Below are positions 1-9,334 of a stretch of 64,000 nucleotides of DNA, piece by piece. This DNA comes from Candidatus Bathyarchaeota archaeon (GTDB lineage: Archaea > Thermoproteota > Bathyarchaeia > 40CM-2-53-6), in the NCBI GenBank assembly GCA_963833125.1, contig CAWHWX010000005.1, forward strand, positions 1 to 64,000, in the 5' to 3' direction. Below the pieces are notes generated by a model. That model was not told where the DNA came from and ran no database searches. It saw nothing but the letters and a program-made list of their open reading frames with translations. The position numbers and the translations under genes are program-made. The first letter of the stretch is position 1; each line of letters begins with the position of its first letter.

Positions 1-1
1 G

Positions 2-229
2 CAGAGGGCTGCGGATTACAAGCGTGTGACCCGGAGTCGAATTGTTGAGGAAGCCCTTTGGGCGTACCTGTCGAAATTAACAATAAACCGGAACGTCGTG
101 GAGAGACTCCGGCTTGCGAACGGACTTATTCACCAAACCCTTGTTGAAGCCTTCAAAACTCCGTTGCAGGAACACAAGCCGGCGAACATTCATGAGGCTG
201 AAACACGGCAGGAGAGGAGGAATCGATGA
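2..229 (+). CDS. Ribbon-helix-helix (CopG-like) DNA-binding protein, 5'-truncated by the window edge
   Basis: Frame open from base 2: QRAADYKRVTRSRIVEEALWAYL resembles RHH helix A/helix B (xSRSxIVxxAL). Confidence 0.5.
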   Translation, partial: QRAADYKRVTRSRIVEEALWAYLSKLTINRNVVERLRLANGLIHQTLVEAFKTPLQEHKPANIHEAETRQERRNR

Positions 230-488
230 TCTGAGAAACTCGACGCCGCATTCGATCAGATTTACGAACTCTCACAATCCGAACAGGTTGCAGGACAGAG
301 TCAGATGCGGCGGAGTCATGTATGCGCTTTTCAGGTGTATGGCTTCAGCGAACGAGAAGATACTACGCGGCGCCGCGGAGGAGGAAATCCTTAGCTGAGG
401 TCACGAACTTCGTGAGGAGCAGAGAGAGTTTGAGGAAACTACCAGACAATTCGAGGAACAAGCTAAAGCGTCTGCAGGAAAGACGTAG
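226..488 (+). CDS. Small helical protein upstream of the terminase (possible small-terminase-like partner), frameshifted
   Basis: ATG overlaps the RHH stop. Pieces across frames read EKLDAAFDQIYELSQSE...ASANEKILRGAAEEEIL...HELREEQREFEETTRQFEEQAKASAGKT-stop (TAG 486-488). Several indels must be assumed. Confidence 0.3.
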
Positions 489-1319
489 AAAAGCCTACGA
501 GGCCATCCTCACAGGCCCCGAAGGAAACACTTCACCTCCACCGAAACTTTCGAAAGAAGACCTCGAAGACCCCGCTTCGTTCGCCCGGAAAGCCTTACAA
601 TTCAACCCCACCAGATCCAAACCAAACTTCTCCAAGATCCCTCCAAACGAATCGCCGTCATCTACCCACGCCAATCCGGAAAATCCACCACCATCGCAGC
701 CCGAGCCATATGGTTCGCATACAAAAACCCCAAAACCGTAACCCTCATCGTCGCCCCAGGACTCCGGCAGAGCATGATCATGATGGACCACATCCACTCC
801 CACCTCATGGGGATGCACAAAACCCTCCGCAGAGAACACGTCGGAAAAATGCAGCGAACCACCGTCCGCTTCAAAAACGGCTCACAAATCATCGCCCTAC
901 CCTGCTCCACAGACCTCCTCAGAGGATACACCGCCCACCAGTGCATATGCGACGAGAGCGCCTTCTTCCGCGACGACGAAACCATGTTCTACAGCGTCCT
1001 CTTCCCCATGCTCCAAACCACCCAAGGCACACTAATCGCCTCCTCCACCCCCTGGACCATGAACTCAGTCTTCTACCGCTTCACCCAAGACCCAACATTC
1101 AAAGTCCACAGAATCACCATCCACGACGTAATCAAAGAAGGCCTAACCACAACAGAATTCGTAGAAGAGATGCGCAACAGAATCCCACACGACCGGTTTC
1201 GAAGAGAATTCGAAGCAGAGTTCGTAGAGGAAGAAGACCGCTACTTCCCAATGGACCTAATCAAGAAATGCACAGACCCAAACGCAACCTTTCTAACAGA
1301 CGAATACTTCGGATTCTAA
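430..1319 (+). CDS. Terminase large subunit, ATPase domain only (one frameshift near 606-609)
   Basis: EDPASFARKALQFNP, then in the frame of ORF 774-1319: QIQTKLL, Walker A YPRQSGKST (663-689), LIVAPGLRQS, FKNGS, LRG, Walker B CICDESAF, coupling motif SSTP, RFRREFEAEF. Adding one C to the C run at 606-609 joins the frames. Confidence 0.85.
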
Positions 1320-1455
1320 CGACGCTACCTCAAGACATCACTTCCCCAGCCTCTTCCTCTTCGCGATCGCCTCGCACGCTTGCCTCTTGGGATTACCGTG
1401 CCGTTTACGCTTCGGTCGATGAGTCAAACGAGAGCACCCATAATAGCAAGACCCC

Positions 1456-1484
1456 CGCACGGTCTGAATAAAGGATAACCATTT
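1456..1484 (+). repeat. 29-bp direct repeat, copy 1 (CGCACGGTCTGAATAAAGGATAACCATTT)
   Basis: 27/29 identical to 2578-2606. Confidence 0.85.
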
Positions 1485-1573
1485 GTCTGGGCTACCGGCT
1501 TGGTCTACTCTGGAGATACGGATCCTTTCGAAACCTGCTCAGATGCAGATGCGAGGTGAATCAGGGGACCAGA

Positions 1574-1603
1574 TTTTTAAGGTTGCATTGCGTTTGCATT
1601 GCG
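1574..1603 (+). promoter_or_regulatory. TATA box followed by tandem TTGCATTGCG repeats (probable RHH operator)
   Basis: TTTTTAAG at 1574-1581; TTGCATTGCG at 1583-1592 and 1594-1603 (11-bp period) directly before the RHH antitoxin gene. Confidence 0.55.
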
Positions 1604-1619
1604 AGGGTGGATCTTGGAG

Positions 1620-1931
1620 TTGACGCAGAGTCAGGTTGTGGTGCGAGTCGCACCAAAGTTAAAGAAAGCTTTCGAGAATCAGTGCGATGCAATGGGGCTC
1701 AAGCCCAGCGAGACTTTGAGAAACCTGATGCTTGCCTTCACCCGGCTAGAAATGAGACATCGCATACTGACCGGAGAGGAACCCTTGACACGGGATCTGA
1801 CCGTATCGAGGTATATGGCCATGTCTGAGAGGGACCGGATAATGTTGTGGGAGAACTGGTACCAAGAGGCGGAGACTACCTCGAAGAACTCCGAAATTGC
1901 CGTGAAAAAGATTGCGGGTTCTCGTCGATAA
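1620..1931 (+). CDS. RHH-domain antitoxin
   Basis: QVVVRVAPKLKKAFENQCDAMGLKPSETLRNLM is RHH/RelB-like. It overlaps the downstream PIN gene. TTG 1620 start chosen (ORF track starts at 1599). Confidence 0.65.
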   Translation: MTQSQVVVRVAPKLKKAFENQCDAMGLKPSETLRNLMLAFTRLEMRHRILTGEEPLTRDLTVSRYMAMSERDRIMLWENWYQEAETTSKNSEIAVKKIAGSRR

Positions 1932-2442
1932 GAACATCGTGCGTCGATGGTTTGAATCTGTCATTAGATCGAATTTAGGCCAAGGACTCACAAAAGAGCA
2001 GGAGCTAGTCGTATCCATTCTTGCAACCGCAAGATCCCAGGACGTTGAAATCTACCTCACACTGGAAACCTATAACATACTCACTAGAATCTTGAGAAAC
2101 CCGCAAATCGCGAAAGCAATCATAGCCAACAGTGACACACTCTATCGGGCGAAACCATTCAGAGAGTGGCTTAGAAACTTAAGGGAAACCACAACCCTCA
2201 CTGGAGAAGACGCGAAAGTGCTCGCATACGCAACCTTCGGAACAAACCTACCAGGAACATTCATCGGCTGCGAGAAGATGATAACCCTCGATAGAGGGTT
2301 GGCAAACGAATTCGAACTGAAAAGAGAAAAACTTGAAGCCAAGCTACGTAAACTGAAGAGACGCCTTCCTCATCCCTACCAAGAAGTAAGATTGCCACAA
2401 ATAGTTCTCCTTGAAACAGACGATCCTGGTAACTCAACATAA
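1912..2442 (+). CDS. PIN-domain toxin/ribonuclease
   Basis: N-terminal VLVDKN, later ETYN, EDAKVLAYA and ITLDRGL supply the PIN acidic residues. Confidence 0.7.
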   Translation: MRVLVDKNIVRRWFESVIRSNLGQGLTKEQELVVSILATARSQDVEIYLTLETYNILTRILRNPQIAKAIIANSDTLYRAKPFREWLRNLRETTTLTGEDAKVLAYATFGTNLPGTFIGCEKMITLDRGLANEFELKREKLEAKLRKLKRRLPHPYQEVRLPQIVLLETDDPGNST

Positions 2443-2577
2443 CGCTCTTACTTGCTGACGCCGTTCAATATGATTGAGACGGAAGCCTTGACTAAAGAAG
2501 AGGCTTTCAAGCTGCTCGACAACTGTAAACTCGACGAGGTCATATAGCAATATGTTCTTGTCTAGATCGTTTCGTTT

Positions 2578-2606
2578 CGCACGTTCTGAATAACGGATAA
2601 CCATTT
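2578..2606 (+). repeat. 29-bp direct repeat, copy 2 (CGCACGTTCTGAATAACGGATAACCATTT)
   Basis: 27/29 identical to 1456-1484. Confidence 0.85.
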
Positions 2607-2817
2607 ATTTTGACCTTCAATGACGATTCCAGTCTGTTCTGTAGCAGTTTACTGTTAAGCGCCATATTTGGCCGCATGAAAATGATCATCGCTTAATGGC
2701 CACGTAAAGTACTGAAAACACGAGGTATTGGGAGAGTGGAAGTCGAGAGAACATTTTGTCTTATTGACTTATTTATCCAGAAACGTGTTTGATCATCATT
2801 GTCGCAGGAGTTTGGGG

Positions 2818-3307
2818 TTAGATTCTATCCTTCGACTTTCTCAGTAAGGCTGAGTCGTGTTCTTGGTTCCTATCATTGCTTCGTTTTTCTGGCTTATATG
2901 TGAAGAACTTGTGTGATAGGAAGTTACTTGTCGCCGATACAACCGTTGCAACCCAGCTCGAATACAAGTACCAAATGTGGATGTACGTGGTTAAGGCGTA
3001 GAGGATTGAGGTCGCTATGCCGAGCCCCGCACCCCCAGACCAACCAGTGTATTATGAACTGCGTCCCGGTGCTGTAAGCTGCCCTCGTTCCAGGGAGCCT
3101 GAACGCCCAGTACTTGTAGCCCGCAAACACGGCGATCTGAGTAATCACGGCGGCGACCCAACTGGAATAGATATAATATACGTGAAGATATTCGGTAAGA
3201 AAATACAGTAAGGCGGAACTGAACGCAACCCCGATGCCGCCTACAGCGCAGAACTTCACGGCCTGTAAGCCAAACTGCGCCCATAACCTATGAAGGTATT
3301 CTTTCAT
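2818..3307 (-). CDS. GtrA-family membrane protein (frameshift near 3025)
   Basis: VKFCAVGGIG...YKYWAF. After the shift: LGIATSILYALTTYIHIWYLYSSWVATVVSATSNFLSHKFFTY, giving the 4-TM GtrA pattern. Confidence 0.8.
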
Positions 3308-3402
3308 GTGCTTTCCGTTCTGGATTCAATACTGTCTTTCATATCTTTGCCTTCGGCGAGTTGTTCTAACCGCTAACTCTCCAATTCTGTACCCGGCGAT
3401 AA

Positions 3403-4194
3403 TCAGTCTCTAATTGCTAGGTAGAGCACTGAGAAAGCAAGGTACTCGGAGAACGGAAATTGAGACAGCAGTTTGTCGACCATTGTGAATATTCTCAGGA
3501 GGGTGTGTGAGCATGTTCTCGCATACAACATCGTTGGCAGAATCAAAATGCCCTTAGTTGAAACCTTGTACCTGCCCGACTGCTCAAGCATCCGTTTGAT
3601 TAGAAGATGATTCATGCGGCGCATCTCTGGAGGAAAATCATCTGATCGAAGAACATTCACAAACCGCAGCAAGGTTTGAGAAAACAGATAGGATACGTTC
3701 TTGCCGTTCCAAATGTCATAAAGCAAGATACACCCATTGGATGAACAGACCCTTTGAGCCTCACGCAGAAACTTGGCCTGGTCCCTAAGATACTTCATGA
3801 CCCTGATCGAATACACAAGTCCGAACGATCCGTCACGAAAAGGGATATGCTCCATATCAGCAAGAACGACATCTGTTTTTCTCACTCTCTGCTTGGCCGT
3901 TAGAGCCATGTTGGGTGACATGTCCAGGCCGATCACGCCGTGTCCTTTGGACGTGACTATGAGGTACCTCCCCGGCCCGCAACCCACATCTATCCCACAA
4001 TCGAACTCCAGACTACTGATGATCTTGAGAATCGCCTCGCGCTCCATGTCTGCCTGAACTTTCAAACCGAGGCTACCGTAGCCGCGAAGTGTCCCGTAGA
4101 AGGACTCTCCATCAAAGCGGTTTACTATACCTCTCTTATAATGATCATAACCTGCCTGACGTGTCATTGCCACCCCTCCTAACTGAGCAATCAT
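3403..4194 (-). CDS. Class I SAM-dependent methyltransferase
   Basis: IDVGCGPG motif I, GLDMS, ADMEHIPFRDGSF. Confidence 0.9.
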   Translation of the reverse strand: MIAQLGGVAMTRQAGYDHYKRGIVNRFDGESFYGTLRGYGSLGLKVQADMEREAILKIISSLEFDCGIDVGCGPGRYLIVTSKGHGVIGLDMSPNMALTAKQRVRKTDVVLADMEHIPFRDGSFGLVYSIRVMKYLRDQAKFLREAQRVCSSNGCILLYDIWNGKNVSYLFSQTLLRFVNVLRSDDFPPEMRRMNHLLIKRMLEQSGRYKVSTKGILILPTMLYARTCSHTLLRIFTMVDKLLSQFPFSEYLAFSVLYLAIRD

Positions 4195-4414
4195 ATTCAG
4201 ATGATGTTCATCGGACCTTATGCTCCGCTTGTCCGACCAAATGGGCTAACCTGACTAGGGTCTTTAGCTATAGTATTAGAGACGCTAAGAAACTAACCTG
4301 CCTATTGCCAATCTATCGCCGGTAATGCTGAGCGAGTCCGAGTCGAGCCCACCAGCATGGGATCCTACGCTACTGAATATTCTTAGACCGAAGACGTCGC
4401 TATCAGCGACAGGA

Positions 4415-4711
4415 TTACTCGCTCTTCACATCAAGCTCAATTTGCCACACAAAGAATCCCGCAGCCGCTACAGCAAAAGCAGTCATACCAACCTCGTCAA
4501 GCCGCCAATTGAAAGGGAAAACATTGACATGAGAGAACGGTGCCACGACCCATCCAGGATGCGTTACCTGAATTATCACAACATACACCCAAACAAGAAG
4601 ACCAAAAATAAATGCCGTCAACGCCACCGCACGCAACAACCCATGCTTACGAATCTTCAAACCATCACACCTAACGTCCCAGTCAACAATATGCTCGTTC
4701 CACAGGGACAC
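4415..4711 (-). CDS. Small membrane protein
   Basis: Two hydrophobic segments; start codon uncertain. Confidence 0.55.
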   Translation of the reverse strand: MSLWNEHIVDWDVRCDGLKIRKHGLLRAVALTAFIFGLLVWVYVVIIQVTHPGWVVAPFSHVNVFPFNWRLDEVGMTAFAVAAAGFFVWQIELDVKSE

Positions 4712-4934
4712 ATACTTAATTCTGATGACATCAGGTTGACGGGTGGTCTAGGACTTTCGTCCGATTTTTCCGGGCTGTCGGGGCACAAAATTTATCCTGT
4801 TCTAGACACACGCACCCATTCGATACCTACTCAGACTAAAACAAGTAGAGCCACAGACCGACCCGCACGACAACGCACACAACCCTTCCATTTCTCTAGT
4901 CGTTGCTTTGAAACAAAAAGAAAGGGCTGTTCTG

Positions 4935-5135
4935 TTACTCGGGTACGATGAGCCGCGAGAAAAGATCGCACATTCTGCTGAAACGTGACCCGAGCATACT
5001 CCGAAGTAGGTCGATGTCGGCCCTGCTTATCGCCTTCAATGCCCTCATCCCAAGAGCAAGAGATGAGACAACGGTTTGTAACCCGAGATAGGATACGCCC
5101 CTGGCAGCGGAAAGCGAGTTAGCCTCTTCTTCCAA
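4935..5135 (-). pseudogene. Oligosaccharide flippase remnant (N- and C-termini fused, middle deleted)
   Basis: AARGVSYLGLQTVVSSLA resembles a Wzx/MOP flippase N-terminus; MRALKAISRADIDLLRSMLG resembles the archaeal flippase C-terminal tail. Only 66 aa. Confidence 0.55.
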
Positions 5136-5358
5136 GTTTTATTCTCCCGAAAACGTAGATAGCTCGTCGGCTTGATCATCAACCGTTAGATATCAACTGA
5201 CAGAGGCGAATTACCTAATCACGTTTATCCCCCATGTGAGATAGACCGATCATATCTGACGATCCAAGACACTTCCTGTGTAAGGACTTGAGTGGCCGTG
5301 GGGGCGGGTCCCCACTAGGGCTATATCGATATTCTGGCTTTAATCGCTTGAGTCGGAA

Positions 5359-5841
5359 ATGCCGCGAATCACCTCTTCGCTAATCCTCACCGGCGCGATC
5401 TTAATATCCGTGGTAGTTATTTCCATGCACTACTCTCGAGCTCAGTTCAATCCTACTATGCAAACAGGTTTTAGTCAAGCCTTGGTGGCCGTAAATAATG
5501 CTGAAGCTGCAGGAGCTACTCCAAACGAAACTGCCCCGCTGGTAGCTTTTCTCAATAAAGCGCTTGAGATGAACCAAGAGGCATCCAGCCTACCTGCCAA
5601 CCAAACTGACCAGCGCAATGCCATAATATCAAGCGTAAACCAGATTCTGATGAATGTTACCAATCAAGCCCTCGTTCTAACTAATGCATCAGCCCAAAGA
5701 ACCTACACGAGCAAGGTCATAACATACCTCAGCGGAATAGTCGCAGTAGCTATCGGAACGTTTGCCTACGCACTCGGAGTGCAATCTTATCAGAGATATC
5801 GGATCAAACGAACTTTTCAAATGAGGGTTAAAGCGAAGTGA
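5359..5841 (+). CDS. Membrane protein with N- and C-terminal TM helices
   Basis: Signal/TM, helical AVNNAEAAGA region, C-terminal TM plus basic tail; GTGA overlap with the next gene. Confidence 0.75.
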   Translation: MPRITSSLILTGAILISVVVISMHYSRAQFNPTMQTGFSQALVAVNNAEAAGATPNETAPLVAFLNKALEMNQEASSLPANQTDQRNAIISSVNQILMNVTNQALVLTNASAQRTYTSKVITYLSGIVAVAIGTFAYALGVQSYQRYRIKRTFQMRVKAK

Positions 5842-6482
5842 AGTTCACATCAACACAGAATAAACGAACGCTAATCGCTGTTTTCATCGCCCTCCTGGTC
5901 ATCGCGGAAGCTATCACCTTTGTGGCAACCACCCCACGCCCACAAGAACAATTCTTCCAAGTCTACATCCTCGGCTCAAACAAACTTGCAGCAGACTACT
6001 ACCCTCAAAACAACCCCAACCTTCACTTATCCTCGCCCATCTCATGGTATCTAGGTGTAACGAACTTCATGGGAAACCTGCAATTAGTAGAGATAAGATT
6101 GAAGTTAGGAAACGAAACCACGGCTCCTCGCAACGACACTAGTAATACTCCTTCATCGGCGCCCGAACTAATAGCATTCGACCGATTCCTAATGGACAAC
6201 GAAACCTGGGAATTCCCATTCGTCTGGAGCATAACCAACGCCACTGCAACAAGTGGATCCACCCGCATTCTCACGGCAAGTATCAACAATGAAACTTACG
6301 TGATTTCAAATTGGTCCGCAACTAACGGCTATAACTTCCGGATCATTCTTGAACTCTGGGTATGGCAGACCAACACAAATGTGTTTGAATTTGGTTGGAC
6401 TAACAATGGAGAAAAGCAAACAGCATGGCTTCAGATCTGGTTCAACATGACCAATCCTACTAGTCCTCCACCGCCAGCCTGA
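5838..6482 (+). CDS. DUF1616-like protein (extracellular domain)
   Basis: PRPQEQFFQVYILG...ADYYP, YLGVTNFMG, WLQIWFNMT; many NxS/T sequons. Confidence 0.7.
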   Translation: MKFTSTQNKRTLIAVFIALLVIAEAITFVATTPRPQEQFFQVYILGSNKLAADYYPQNNPNLHLSSPISWYLGVTNFMGNLQLVEIRLKLGNETTAPRNDTSNTPSSAPELIAFDRFLMDNETWEFPFVWSITNATATSGSTRILTASINNETYVISNWSATNGYNFRIILELWVWQTNTNVFEFGWTNNGEKQTAWLQIWFNMTNPTSPPPPA

Positions 6483-6704
6483 TCCAACTAATGCTTTCTC
6501 TAGGCAAATCGACGGAATAACTCTTCCTGATTAGGCAAGTACCGATAACATAACGGTGGCGGTCGGTGCAATTCTCAGCTAGAAGTTCGCTAATAGAACT
6601 GATCATAAATATAGATCGGATACCGAGTTCCAAAAGGAAGTATTGACCTGGAGTTGACCCAAGGTATTTCGTTAAGGAATCTGCCTTGCGACAAGACGTG
6701 TTGA

Positions 6705-7301
6705 TCAAGTAAGCGCGTGTTTCCTTAGCAGCGCAATCACGTTCAGCGCCATAGTGGTTAACGTAAGCGAAATCACAATCGGGGTGAGCGTCATTCCCCA
6801 AGGTGTATAATTGAGGATTGCGCCAACAAGCGTTGCCAAAGCCAAACTCAATCCGAAACTCAACGCGACTCTTTCGACTGAATCCAAGTCACGGATTCCG
6901 AACAACGCTTCAACGGCTGCGAATCCCGGAATAAAGAGAATGAACACCGCTCCGAATACCCATCGGACCACAACAATAGGGAACTCTGAGGGGACGAGGT
7001 AGATAGCAAGAATTGCCCCAAACGATGCTACCGCGGATACGTAAAAACACAGGTTTAGCTCCCACTTCCACAGGAATCGTACTAACGTCTCAGATGACTT
7101 GGCTGCTTTCAAGTCGACTTTACCCTCTGCAGCCAACCGCAAAACTAAGTCAGTTATTTGACGCTCAGTCGGGGAGAGATTGCCACCCTGTAGCCCTTCG
7201 TAAAGTTGTTCAACGCTGATTTCCCCTTTTGTTGCAAGATAATCCAATATGCTGTCTTCCATCGTGTCGGCCCTAAGAGCATTTTCGGAGTCGCTCGCCA
7301 A
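6705..7301 (-). CDS. DUF1616-like membrane protein with N-terminal winged helix
   Basis: FILFIPGFAAVEALF...ERVALSFGLSLA...LNYTPWG motif. Confidence 0.75.
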   Translation of the reverse strand: MASDSENALRADTMEDSILDYLATKGEISVEQLYEGLQGGNLSPTERQITDLVLRLAAEGKVDLKAAKSSETLVRFLWKWELNLCFYVSAVASFGAILAIYLVPSEFPIVVVRWVFGAVFILFIPGFAAVEALFGIRDLDSVERVALSFGLSLALATLVGAILNYTPWGMTLTPIVISLTLTTMALNVIALLRKHALT

Positions 7302-7558
7302 GATCTCAATACTCAGGTACCTTAAACGTGTAGTGTGTTACTTGAAGAATCTCATTGTCATCAGAAGATAACGCCAAGTCTCCATCGCTAGAGTTCGGGT
7401 TCACGCTGCAGTTTCGCAATTTACTCCAATTGCAGATAAGTTGCCCGAAATGGACGCGGTGATTGCGTAATATTAAGTGTCGGCGTAGAAGTTGCCGCTA
7501 CTCGACGTGTCGCCAATCGTGCCAGATGTCAAGACGGAATGACCTCTTTAGAGTCGCA

Positions 7559-9334
7559 TCACATTGGGAGTATCTTGAAAGTTGGGGTGCCACTGTAGGT
7601 TGGAATCAGATTGTGTTGGGCAGGAACGAAGATGATTGCTCCCGTTGCGTACGATACTGCGGTTCCGTCAAGTGTCAACCCTGTTATGCCTGTGGCTGAA
7701 GTTACCACATAGTTCGCATCGTAAGAGAGTAGAGGAAATGCAACTCCAGTTCCCGGCAGAGTTGGGCTGAACGGAGATTGAGGATTGTAACCCACATTGT
7801 TTCTGATGACCGTGCTGGTTCCGCTATTGTTAAGATTGTTTGATGCTCCGCAGCCGGGATTCAATACGAAGTTATCATGCACTTGATTTCCGGTAGCGCC
7901 GCTTTCAATCTGAATCCCTATACACCAAGAATCAACTTGGTTTTCGGAAACAATGTTATGGTTGCCGAACACGTCAATCGCAAGACCACCTGCGTAACTT
8001 GTAAGTGTGTTTCCTTGAACAGTTGAATTGTTAGCGTAAAGATCTATTCCATGCGAATTGAGACTGGGTTGGTTAATCACGTTCCCAATAATGTTGTTAT
8101 GACTTGGGATAACCCCCCCAGTATTTGCGTCAGAAGCTACGCCTGCAACTGATGGTCGATAAATGGTGCAACCCACGCAGGCGCTACTGCTCGTCACCAT
8201 GGAGACTCCAACACGTCCGTTTCGCACTGTCACGCCCACGGCCGTCAAATCTAAGCAGGTATCCCCAGTCTCATCTCCAAGCATTACTCCGGTCCAACCG
8301 TTTACTCCTCCTGGGTTTACGGGCATAATAACTGTACCACCGATCACGGAGCAAGAATAGGAGTAGGAGCATAGCTCTATCCCGAAATTAGCTGTGACCG
8401 CACCTGTGAATATTGCGGTACAGTTCACGACTCGACATCCAATACTTGGAGTGCTTGCTGCTCCACCATAAACCTCAAAAGCAGCAGAATACGGCCCACA
8501 ATCAGTTGCCTTGCAATCTACCGCATTACAATACAAGCAACCGGATATTTCTACGGCTGACCCGTAACAAAGAGAGAACAGACATTTCTTAACATCTACG
8601 CCGTTGCAATACCATAAGTAAAAGCCGAACGAACCTCCACCTTGATAAGTGTTGCAGCCGTAAACATCGTCGATAAGTCCATCGGTCACATTCTTCAGTT
8701 GAATCAGCACGTGACCTGAAGCAAGTTGGCCGTTACCATTCACTTGACCACCCTGTATCTCAATCTGTACGTCGCCTCCTGCCTGATTCGAATTTCCAAT
8801 CATATACGCCATATCAACGCTGGCCGTGATTCTTCCTTGAATTTCGAAAATGGTGTAGCTGGGGACATTGATTGGAGCTGTAATGCTGATGTCTCCCACG
8901 ATGACTACCCTTTGTTTGTATGTTCTGCCCGAAGTGAGTCCAGCTAAGGCATTGTTAATCACGGTCGCAGCATTGGAGCCTGAATATGGGGTTAATCCGC
9001 TGTTGGGGGCTGGTCGAGCGTAAACTGTGTTTCCAATCAATTCAATGACATAACTTGCAACTTGTCGTGTGACAACAATAGTTTCTACTCCGCTATCATC
9101 CATTATGTATGGCATCTTGTCAAGCGTCTTAGCCGAAAGACGCAATCTACCAGATGCAGGTGCAGTTTCACCAGTCCCATCTATGAACTCTACATAATTA
9201 GTAATCTCGCTCGCAACTTGGGCCGCTGTTTCTGGAACTGATCCAAAACCGATTAAGGCTGCACCGCCGACTGCACCCACCGCTAGAAGCTTTGCAAGGC
9301 AATCTCGGCGCGAAGGAAGCTTCTCTGAATTCAA
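7559..9334 (-). CDS. Right-handed parallel beta-helix (pectate-lyase/NosD-like) protein with twin-arginine signal
   Basis: SRRDCL followed by a hydrophobic stretch and AAQ; repeated NxIxGN/NxVxxN beta-helix rungs. Confidence 0.8.
   Translation of the reverse strand: MNSEKLPSRRDCLAKLLAVGAVGGAALIGFGSVPETAAQVASEITNYVEFIDGTGETAPASGRLRLSAKTLDKMPYIMDDSGVETIVVTRQVASYVIELIGNTVYARPAPNSGLTPYSGSNAATVINNALAGLTSGRTYKQRVVIVGDISITAPINVPSYTIFEIQGRITASVDMAYMIGNSNQAGGDVQIEIQGGQVNGNGQLASGHVLIQLKNVTDGLIDDVYGCNTYQGGGSFGFYLWYCNGVDVKKCLFSLCYGSAVEISGCLYCNAVDCKATDCGPYSAAFEVYGGAASTPSIGCRVVNCTAIFTGAVTANFGIELCSYSYSCSVIGGTVIMPVNPGGVNGWTGVMLGDETGDTCLDLTAVGVTVRNGRVGVSMVTSSSACVGCTIYRPSVAGVASDANTGGVIPSHNNIIGNVINQPSLNSHGIDLYANNSTVQGNTLTSYAGGLAIDVFGNHNIVSENQVDSWCIGIQIESGATGNQVHDNFVLNPGCGASNNLNNSGTSTVIRNNVGYNPQSPFSPTLPGTGVAFPLLSYDANYVVTSATGITGLTLDGTAVSYATGAIIFVPAQHNLIPTYSGTPTFKILPM

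Noticed and set aside
710-1471. 253-aa His/Pro/Arg-rich ORF
   Set aside because: Shadow frame of the C/A-skewed terminase gene, which has clear motifs in another frame.
1456-1484. Canonical dif site
   Set aside because: No dyad symmetry, and the right arm does not resemble TTATxTxAA; kept only as a direct repeat.
1-2700. Intact provirus
   Set aside because: No portal, capsid, tail or integrase genes are visible within the window; only the terminase ATPase and small upstream ORFs.
4325-4951. 208-aa plus-strand ORF
   Set aside because: No recognisable motifs; antisense to a more plausible membrane protein.
5298-5315. tRNA or ncRNA at the GTGGGG/CCCCAC hairpin
   Set aside because: Single short hairpin with no cloverleaf or T-loop; I found no tRNA or rRNA in the window.
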